Assembly: GCA_951406725.2 (NCBI GenBank)
Contig: OX597816.1
Location: forward strand, 159,402,001-159,466,000
Reading direction: 5' to 3'
From: Octopus vulgaris
Taxonomy: Eukaryota
Length of the DNA: 64,000 nt
Shown in pieces: positions 53,949 to 64,000 of the stretch. Position 1 is the stretch's first letter. Each line of letters starts with the position of its first letter. The notes under the pieces were generated by a model, which ran no database searches, had not been told where the DNA came from, and saw only the letters and a list, made by a program, of their open reading frames with translations. The position numbers and the translations under genes are program-made.

Positions 53949-55056
53949 ATATATATGGTGATGGTGACCCAGTTTAAAACAAGTGGCACATTTAGCAACA
54001 AAGAACTACTTTACTGACTGACAAATCGCGAACCGAAAACGGGGAAGAAAGACAAAAAAGAAAAATTAAAGAGATTCTCTTGTCTGACTATTGGAAGTTA
54101 ATATGGAAGCGACTATTAACCTTTGTCAATAAATAACGGATCTAAAAAAGGAAAGGTCAGTCAAACTTGACATTTGCGATGTTTATTCTTGGAATATTTA
54201 ACATTTCATATTTGTAGTTTAAAAATACATTAAGGCAGCAGAAACAGATGAATGCCAATCTAAATACCAATATATTTATATCTGTTTATGAGCTGAATTC
54301 AAACATGGCTGCCGACTTCGTCTCCACTCTTTTGTCTTCTAGCATTGTGACTGTTGGTAATATTTATTTAAAAGACAGCTCAGCACAAACAAACTTATAA
54401 TAAAATGCATTCTGTGATTCTCCTGCCTTCTTTCGGATCGAGTACATGTAGGACACGCGCGCGCGTGCGCGCAATGCTGCAACGAAAATTAACGATCCTT
54501 TTGTGTCCTTTTCGCTTTTCTTCACTGTAATTTGTTTCCCTTTGTCCGCCGGCGTATATATATACAAATTTCGAAAGGCCACCAACTACTATTTCCGATG
54601 TGTTTTTTCTGCTTTTTAATTGTAGGATGTGGTTTGGTTGAGATTTTGCTACTATCTCTAGCAGATCGCATGACGACATAGAGACAAATTTGACCTTGGC
54701 AGAATTTGAACTCAGTTCGTAGAGATTCAAAACAAATACTGCCACACACTCTATCCGACGCTCTAACAACTCTGCCCATGCACCGTATACTGTTTCATTT
54801 CTGTTCATCACACAGCTACCATCGGGCGGCTTTTAAGCTAACTCCTGTGGAGGGCTCTTCATTAGGCTTTGGGCCCAACAATGACACTTCATGCATTAAG
54901 TACATATTAAATTTTATTAAACTTAAACATTATTTTTCAAGCAATGAACAATTTTCATCAAAACAATGATGTAATTTGTCGACTTGTAACTTATTGCAAA
55001 GCTGCATGATAAACAGCAATACCGCCACCGTAGCCACTACATCCGTCATACACACC

Positions 55057-55260
55057 TCATTCAAACTTCTGACGCCACAACCATCAATACCTTTGACTTC
55101 GCCACCTTCCCCTCCACCACCATCACCACTGTCTTTCACATCACTTACTCTTACCGTCATTCAAACTTCTGACGCCACAACCATCAATACCTTTGACTTC
55201 GCCACCTTCCCCTCCACCACCATCACCACTGTCTTTCACATCACTTACTCTTACCGTCAT
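55057..55260. repeat. Perfect 100-bp tandem duplication
   Basis: 55057-55156 is repeated from 55157 with no visible mismatch. Confidence 0.9.
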
Positions 55261-56291
55261 CCCTGACCGACTCGGCTACCACCACCACCACCACCATCAT
55301 CACCAGCGCCTCCGCCTCTATTTATTACTATCACACCATTACCATTACAAAAAGCTAAATGTGTGTGTAAAAGAATTGTGTTCAGTATGTTAGTTCAGTG
55401 TTCAGTCCCCCAACAGCTAACACCACGAAAGGCATCCGGTCGTATAATACTCCAAGAAGTCTCGTCAGGCTCATGCCAGCTTAGGGAAAACTGACACAAA
55501 AACGATGGTGATGATAATAATGGTGGTGGTAGTGGTGGTGGTGGCGGCGGCGGTGGTGATAGTGGTGATGGCGGCGGTGGTGATAGTGGTGGTGGTGTGA
55601 TTATACACGCGTAGTCGTGTGCATATGCAACGCATACATAGTTACAGTGGTTTACACTTTTGTGCGAAAATAAACGCCGACACGAAGAAATAAGCATTTG
55701 TTTTATTCTCCAGCATTGATCTAAGTTTTGAGGACAATTCCTTCTCAACAGCAAAGTAGATTGTTTTTCATTCCATAAATGGTCTTTCTGTCAAGTTTAC
55801 ACGAACTTTCAACAAATATTCCCAGTAATTTTTTCTGTTTTCGTTATTAAGTGTAATCTAATATGGCCGCTTTAAAGAAAATAGTGAAAATGCAATTACA
55901 AATATTAAAGTGAAAAAACAAACTGTTAACTGACTTTTAATGACACTCAAAGCTACACACACATACAGACATAAACACGCACACATAAACGCATAACAAT
56001 TAACTGTGTAACAAGCAAACATTTTTTAAAGCAGAATCCAGGCTGTTTCACTTGAGGCTTTGAAGTCCGCATACGATCTCAAAGTCTTTGAAGTTCCCAT
56101 TACACTTTGAACTAGATTCTGAACTACTAGAAACAACAATCAAGTCTTCCTCAAGTGTTAAAGAGTAGAAGGCTCATTAAATATTGTAGTTCAAGATATC
56201 TTTAAAGATGGGTTGGTCATGGCTGAACCGACGAGAGCATATGCGCATACGTATGAATACTCATATCTGTGTATGTATATACATGTATACA

Positions 56292-56346
<55 letters not shown>

Positions 56347-56511
56347 GTACATATATACAAGCATACATACGCGCATAGGCAGACAGACAGACTGATAGAC
56401 GGGCAGGCACGCAGACAGGCATGCAGGTGCAGAGACGCGCATGTAGCACGCAGACAGACAAACAGACAGGCAGGCTGACTCTTTGACAGACAGACTGACT
56501 GACTGACTGAC

Positions 56512-56544
<33 letters not shown>

Positions 56545-56599
56545 CATACATAGATAGATAGATAGATAGATAGATACATACATACATACATACATACGT

Positions 56600-56950
56600 A
56601 TGTCTTTACGTTCTGAGTTCAAATTCCGCCGACGTCGACTTTGCTTTTCATCCTTTTGGGGTCGATAAATTAAGTACCAGTTGCATACTGGTGTCGATCT
56701 AATCGACTGGCTCCCTCCCCCAAAATTTCAGGCTTTGTGCTTAGAGTAGAAAAGAATATTAAATAAGGCAGCGAGCTGGCAGAAACGTTAGCACGCCGGG
56801 CGAAATGACTAGCAGTATTTCGCCTGTCTTTACGTTCTGAGTTCAGATTCCGTCGACTTTGCTTTTCATCCTTTTGGGGTCGATAAATTAAGTACCAGTT
56901 GCATACAGGTGTCGATCTAATCGACTGGACCCCTCCCCCAAAATTTCGGA
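56600..56950 (+). mobile_element. Two tandem SINE B units, tail type 2
   Basis: 5'-truncated unit 56600-56760, then a unit with head from 56767. Confidence 0.85.
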
Positions 56951-57278
56951 TTTCTTCCACTTTTCGGTAGAGCGAATGACCCGGGGTTGTAGCTTTCTCT
57001 CTTTCTTTCCTTCTTCCCTTCTTTCTTTCTTTCAGTCTTTCTTTCTTTCTTTCTTTCTTTCTTTTTTGCTTGAATGACTGCAGCGCACCTATGAGAAAAC
57101 CGCGAAGGAATTTTGGGGTATTAGGATTTTGTTGTATATAGAAGACGAGGACATGGTTTAAAAGGGCGGTTTCAATCATTTAATGATTTCGTTCGTTTTC
57201 GCTATCGCCAATTTTTCATTTTATCATACCCGTATGACCTTTCACTGATCTCAATCAAAACACTTTTTATCAATTAGT

Positions 57279-57605
57279 GATGGCACTCCGTCGGTTACGA
57301 CGACTAGTGTTCCAGTTGATCCGATCAACCGAATAGCCTGCTCATGAAATTAACGTGCAAGTGGTTGAGCACTCCACACATACGCGTACCCTTAACGTAG
57401 TTCTCCGGGAGATTCAACGTTGACTCAGAATGCGACAGGACTGGCAATTTGAATTGCAGGTACAGCTAATTTTTGCCAGCTGAGTGGACTGAGGCAACGT
57501 GAAATAAAGTGTCTTACTCAAAGACAGCGTGCACGGCCAGGAATCGAACTTTTGGCCTTACGATTGTGAGCCGAATACGCTAACCACCAAACCACACGTA
57601 TTCAC
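57279..57605 (-). mobile_element. SINE C with TSD
   Basis: 11-bp TSD TATCAATTAGT at 57268-57278 and 57606-57616. Confidence 0.88.
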
Positions 57606-57625
57606 TATCAATTAGTAAGCTTAAG

Positions 57626-57835
57626 GTGGCGAGCTTCCAGACGAAAAGGACACAGTTGGAATGTCTCTGACAATAGCTATGCTAGATTGACGTTATTTTC
57701 GACTTTTTCGTTCTGAGTTCAAATTCTGTCAAAGTCGACTTCACCTTTCATCTGTTTCAGAGTTGACAAAATAAAGTAGTAGTTGAACTGGGTGCGATTT
57801 GAACTCCCACCAAATTTGCTGGCCTTGTACAAAAT
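57626..57835 (+). mobile_element. Degraded SINE B
   Basis: GGTGGCGAGC head; GTTCTGAGTTCAAATTC. Confidence 0.65.
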
Positions 57836-59378
57836 TTTTAGTCATTAATTAGTTACACTGTCGTTAGACGTGTCTTCCAAAATACATGATACATCACTTT
57901 TTTGACCTGCTAGAAATAAAAACCAAACCTACAGTGAATTACAATTTGCAGTCATGATAAAAAAAAGAGAGGGTATAGTGAATTGAAAAATATGGTTTGA
58001 AGTACATCATCAACGAAGCCAGACGAGATGGTCATTGTTGCAATGTCTCGATTGACGTTTCTTTTATTCATTTGGTCTAGTTTCCGCTTATGATATTTGC
58101 TGTTTGGGTTGTCATGGATCGATAATATATTCGTGGGACAAAAAAATAGATATATAAATAAATAGCAGAAAAAAACACACAACCTTTTCAGATGTTTCAA
58201 ACGGTGTATAATCGAAGAGAATAGATAAATGTTACGATCAATATTACGAGCATTTATCTTAATACCTGCTGTGGTGGTTGTCGTCATGGTTGTTATTAAG
58301 CTGCTATCAGCACTGATCGAGTGAACGGAAAAAGATGGCAAGACACCCACAAGAGAGCTGACCAGCAGGCCTTCAGAGAAGAAACACGCCCAAGGCAAGT
58401 GATTCGACCTTTAATTCCTTACACTTTAAGAAGACCGGGCTGCATCCAGGTCATAACCTTGGGTGTCCTTCTGCTGATACTTTTTAACCACTTGGATATC
58501 AGAAAATTGTGCATTTAAACCGTTGATCCAGCTTATACTTCTTTAGTTTAGACTTAAAGAAGAAATAACGTTGATTGCTATGGTAGCGATGAAACTGCAT
58601 AGAAGCTCGTCGCGCTGATTGCATCTGTAATTCAAACTGATTCTATCAGAGAAATTTAACATATGTCTGCCGTATACCTAGCCATTTTATACTATACATG
58701 TTCATTCTGGATCGAGTAATTCAGTTTGATAGAACAGCTGAATCTTTGTCGCCGAACGATGGGGCTCCATCCTAAGCTTTTAATTTTAATCAATGCCTTC
58801 CACATCAGCACAACCCCTGTCGTGAAGAAACAATTTAGAACTACGCACATAAAACGTGCGCATGCAAATATACGTACGCACGCACATCAATTATTGCAAA
58901 CGTCTCCTTGTATGTCTGTACATGAAGCATCGTCTGGTATTTATTGAAGCAAATATACTGTGCAGTAGTTTCCGATTGTCTTCTCCAGAATATATTTGCT
59001 AAAAATATGTCGGCTGTTAACAAAGGCTGTATGAACTGAGCTACAATAAGAAACGAAGGAGAAGGGGGCTGGCAGACGATAAAAGAGATAAAATATATTA
59101 AAACGAAAACGTGAAAGATGATGAGAAGTGATGAGAATAAATGAGAACCATATGATCAAAGGAAGAAAGAAAGGAAAGAAAGGGGGAAAAGAACTGAAAA
59201 GAGAAAAACAAAAAAATAATGGGATAAAAGATGAAAGAAAATATGAATATAAGACATAAAACGAAAAAAATAGAGAAGGTTGAATTTGAAGAGGGATAGA
59301 AAGAGGGTGGTGAGAGAGGCAAAAGAATAAAGTAGAAAGGCAAATGAATAAAGTAGAAATTGTAAAATATTTTATATG

Positions 59379-59427
<49 letters not shown>

Positions 59428-59679
59428 TGAAACTGCTGTGAAATGTTAATGGTATTTCATGAAACTAAAAAATGTGGTGACTAATTTGGAGAAAACTAGA
59501 TAGAGCAACTGTGGCTGCATGTGAGGAAACGAGAGAAAACGTGACTGTATTTTTGACGCCTTTAGACTTAAACATCAATCTTCGTACATTCCTAGATCCT
59601 TGCCTAAAATAGACACATGTAACCATGGTTTTTTCCATATATTATCCAGTGATGCACCTAGACACATCACCATTGATGG

Positions 59680-61780
59680 GATTTTTTTAAAAGTCATTAG
59701 GTTTCGAGTCTTTGATTAATTAGACGATTCTTTCAAGACTGATCAAGCCCCAGGTTGTGTCCAGCTGGCATCACCCTTGGTAGCACAGACCCAGCAAATT
59801 TCACCTTAAAGCAACTTCTGCTTCCTCCATGGGGTAACTTGATGGCCTTTGGCCCCTCTGATGCCAAGCATATTGTAAACTCTGCAGAAGAAATTGCCTG
59901 GAAACACTCTCAATCCACCTCGATGGAGTCGCACTCTGCCACCCATTGCGTCGGTATGGCTCTACCAGTTCAGCATATTTCTCTTATTCTCATTTACCTC
60001 TTCAATGCGGTCTTCCCAAGAAACAGTAAGTTGTAACAACCACCGGCTCGGGCGTTTCTGAGATCAGCATCATGCCTGGTTTTAGTGGTGTTTGGACGAC
60101 AATTTTCGGAAACTTCAGCTGCTTCCTCAGATTGACTTTCAGCTCCTAGGAGGCCCGAGGAGGTGGACCAGACAGCTGACATCTTCTTCACACTAGCTTT
60201 GACAAAAGTAATAATCTTCATCGTTGGGCGAACGCGTTTACAATGGCTATTCCAACTTCAGATGGTGCCTTCAAAATCGGATCAAGCTTCTAGCAGTAGA
60301 GTTCCTCTTCCATGGCATATGGGCAGGTACTGAGGATGTGCTCCAGGGTTTCTCACCTCAGCCTCAAAGGGCACGCCGATGACTCCAACTTTCTCCAGCA
60401 GAACAACTAAGATGATCTCGGTTGGTCATCGTAAACTGCTTGACTTGAAAGTTTTATCTGATGGTCTCAATTTTCTGAAGGTCAGCCCATGGGATTTGCG
60501 TACCATCCCAACACACTTGCTGGTTCGTCCCTCCTCAGTCGATGCTCGCACCTCATTCCGGATCAGTAGTTTCCTTCCTCTCCTTGCATCTTGTCAAAGT
60601 GAGGTGTTGTAATGCTACCCAGGCCAGACCTTCCACGAGGTACAACGCCCATGAGCATTCTGTCTTGCCTGCAACTTAACAGTCTTCACAGCTCTACACC
60701 TCCGCCCTGTTCTGACCGCAATACCCACCTGAAAGACTTTAGAGTCGAAGGAGTCTCGCTCTCGCAACACTTCCCTATTTTTCTCTTAAGCTACTAGTTG
60801 AGAGCTTTAACTAATTGTTCTTTCCATACTAGGCGACGCTACTCAGGCTCCGATGTAGTCACATCCACTTCCGCAGAAACCCTCTGACTCTCCTTTCAAA
60901 GCCCTCTGCCATGGATCTATTATACACCAAAATTATACGCCTCATACACCAAAAGCGGCGAAATAATCTGTGGGAAGGTGCCATGTTGGTAACTCACAAG
61001 ACCTAACTTGTTCACTATGGATAGTCAGCAGGGGTAGTTGTGTGGTAAGAAGCTTACTTCCCAACCACACGATTCTGGGTTCAGACCCACTGTATGACAC
61101 CTTGGGCAAGTGTCTTCTACTATAGCCTCAGGCCGACCAATGATTTGTGAGTGGATTTGGTGGGCTGAAACTGAAAGAAGACCATCATATATATATGTGC
61201 CTATGCGCGTGTGTCTTTGTGTCTTTCTCAGTGATGGATAGCATATGTGCTTCACCGACCGAGAAGCTGAAACTGCTTTTAATTCGGCTTTCTTCAGCAG
61301 AAGATATCTGGCCTTGATTGGCTTCAAATTCATGATAGCCCAAGTCAACAACTCAAGGTCCTTAGAATCCTCCTTCCCCTCATGATTGATATTGTCACAG
61401 TTACATGAGAAGGGGATGCTGAAGACCAGACATGGTGAGCAGCCCTTCTCATTGCACTTCTGCCGGTTTTGCCAATATGTTTATAGCAAGCGTTAAAAGG
61501 GTCACTGAAATAGTACATCCGGTGCCCTTCTCGAGATTGTGTCACTCTGATGTTGTGGAAGCAGCAGAGACTTTGAGACTGAAGTTATTTTAGTAATCCA
61601 TAATGTGATCCCTGAACCTATTTGTGACATGGCGCCTGTTCAGAGCCTCTTCAAACAGCTTATGTGGTATGGGCCAATAAGCAATCGCAAGATCCAGTCA
61701 CAACACACCATGGTCCTCTTTATTCTCTTTGACTTTTCTGATTAACTGTGTAACCACAACTAAGTCTTCTACATACCTTG
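59680..61780 (-). mobile_element. Decayed HERO/NeSL-like REL LINE, interrupted by a SINE A 5' half (61026-61228, + strand)
   Basis: Minus strand LDLAIAYWPIPHKLFEEAL near 61680 (LDLANAYGS.PH-like RT motif), LKPIKARYLLL, ETLEHILSTCP near 60335. Confidence 0.7.
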
Positions 61781-63325
61781 ATACCTTTATTTATAGCTTT
61801 ATCTTCTTCGAGTTCTGCTATTAAAAATAATTTACTTCATAATTAGAAGTATTACAGCCATGACCACACTGTCCTTCCCCCTTGTATATACAGCTTTGTT
61901 GTCGCTTAATCCGTCCATCGTTTCTTTTAAAACAGTGGCTGTGATTTTAGGAAACGGTGGCTCAACGATATCCTAATGCATGGGTAAGATATCGGACCAT
62001 CAACTCCGAATTTGTATGAATATTGAAATCTACTACAGGAATTTAGTTGTGGTGGAAAACTTTACTCTAGCATCCCTCAGATCACCATGCTATCGAAAAT
62101 ATGGCAAACACTTGCGAAAGACTGGGACCCTATTTACTCCATTTACTTCACGTCATGAACCCACAGCTCTCGGATGCCTCTCATTTCTTTCTTTCTTTCT
62201 TTTTTTTCTTTTTTTCGAAACCTTTCCATTGACTAAACACAAAGGCTTTCATATATTTTAAAGCTGAGAAAAAGGTAAGCTCTAATGTTCATGATTTTCC
62301 TTCGTGGACTAATGGCGCAAGAAATGAAACAGAGTGAAAATATGTCTAGCTATAAACTTGCATTTTCAATGATATATTTCTATAATTCCAAAGATATGAA
62401 CCTTGTAACTGATTGCTATCTATAAATATAATGCTTTCTGCCAAGTCAAATCGTGAACTGCAAGCGCTATTTAAGTATAAGATATGTCAGATCAATTCAG
62501 GTCATAGTGAGCCGAGTTTACAATCCTGCAGCAACAACATTATAAAATGGATGAAATGAGTCCCTCCACGGTCGTTCAACATTTATAAACGGGTCCAGTA
62601 AATTCACCATTGTAAATTTATAGCCGTTAAATTACATTGCAGTAAATACACCTACCATCTTCAATTTCATTGCCTGTAATTTCATCGCTAAATAATTGCA
62701 TTGTTGGCCAATACATCGTTACTATTGTTTAAAGTATTTTTTCTATTTGCAGAGTGAATACCTTGCATTTCATTAAAGGCGATAAAGATATTCAAACACG
62801 AATGTATTAATATCAAATTTAATCAATTTTTACATGGACTACAAAAAATAACGAAAACAAATTCAAATTACTTTTCAAAATAGAATCATAAAAATATAAA
62901 TATGGTAAAAAGATAATGTTGCTTTAAGTTAGAAGAAGAAACCTTTTAAAAAGAAATTGCAAGCAAAGTCTTTTAAATAATCTAAAATTTCAAGATTTTG
63001 GTATTCATTGATAATGTGTTGAATTCACGCTGCACTACCTTCGTAATATTTCATTTAACATCATCCAATATCCACACCAAAGCAATGCACTCTTCAATTA
63101 CTCGTTTCTTGATTACTTCGTTTTTTCCCCCAGGATGTCTAACATTTGCAGATCGTAGGATGGGATACCTCGGTCAACCCCCGGAGTATTCGATGTCAGT
63201 CTTCACGAGAATTGGTCTGCAGCCAAACAAATCCGATGTGTATGGCCTGCAAACAAATGCACATGTCTGTCATGAATAGCAAAATAAACAGTATTTCTTT
63301 TTTCAGATATAAAAATATATATTTA

Positions 63326-63663
63326 CTAGCAGTATAGCCCAACGTTGCTCGGGTTTATTTTCTTTTCGACCCTTTAGAATTGGAAATACACCGAAAAATG
63401 GCGACACAGCAGTAAAAAAATCGTAAAAAATAGAGATTTTCATAGCAAAAAAGCACCTTTTTGTTGTAAGTAATTTTTGGTCTTAACATGGTCTGATTTG
63501 AATTTTTTCTTCTACGGAATAAAGAGCAAGCGTTCTTCTCTCATACTCTTAATTTTGGTCAACTTGCGCCGCAGGGTCTCGGAGTAGATAGTGTTAGTTG
63601 AAGGCTACCAAACCTGCCACACACACACACACACACAGACAACTTCAGCTTTATATATAAAGA
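63326..63663 (-). mobile_element. Non-autonomous Helitron
   Basis: Minus strand A|TCTTTATATA...hairpin...CTAG|T; first ~30 bp nearly identical to 909-939. Confidence 0.78.
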
Positions 63664-63787
63664 TTATGCTTATAAAAATTATATAGCGTGTGTGTGTGTG
63701 TGTGTGTGTGACCTCTCGGCGTCGTTTGACAACCGGTAGAATCTTTGAACTTCTCGGCATCAAGATCTAAAATGCAAGATCTATCCC

Positions 63788-63897
63788 ACCCTGATGACGG
63801 TGGCTCGTCTTAGCCTATGTTAATTGCTTCTATTGTGATGGACTACATCTACCAATATTATGATGGATCTCTGAGCCCACAAAAACAGCTGTTGGAC
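63788..63897 (+). ncRNA. Long-stem-II hammerhead-like motif (PLE-type)
   Basis: CTGATGA-CG-GTGGCTC..~65 nt..GAGCCCAC-AAAAACAGCTGTT-GGAC; G12 is lost. Confidence 0.5.
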
Positions 63898-64000
63898 TTA
63901 TAACACCTTTCTTCTTCCCCTTTAATTTTCTCTGTCATTTGTACTCTGTGTAAGCTGGATCTATTAATATAAGTATCTATATATTTACATTTAAATATTA

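Noticed and set aside
57952-58518. Host exons in unique-looking sequence (also 47602-47865 and 52440-52757)
   Set aside because: Short ORFs with no recognisable domain or splice evidence; cannot be excluded without RNA-seq.

Overview
AT-rich, microsatellite-dense animal genomic DNA. The tRNA-derived SINEs and (ATGT)n/(TA)n/(TAA)n landscape look like octopus; this species call is an inference. I cannot support any intact host protein-coding gene, and nearly all listed ORFs are microsatellite translations. The window is a patchwork of decayed transposons: a Gypsy integrase end with its 3' LTR, two non-autonomous Helitrons, clustered R4/Dong-like REL LINEs in (TAA)n and (TACA)n tracts, Tx1/L1-like, RTE, CR1-like and HERO/NeSL-like LINE remnants, a full-length decayed mariner, a hAT MITE, three SINE families and many Penelope-like (PLE) pseudo-LTR fragments. 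The most interesting signals are: (1) about nine hammerhead-ribozyme-like motifs with non-standard cores, including a compensatory G3-C8 swap, an extra nucleotide after A9, and a long stem II class; (2) a set of microsatellite-associated retroelements; (3) a SINE that appears to insert into its own family at a fixed site; (4) several long inverted repeats. All structures and coordinates were read by eye.
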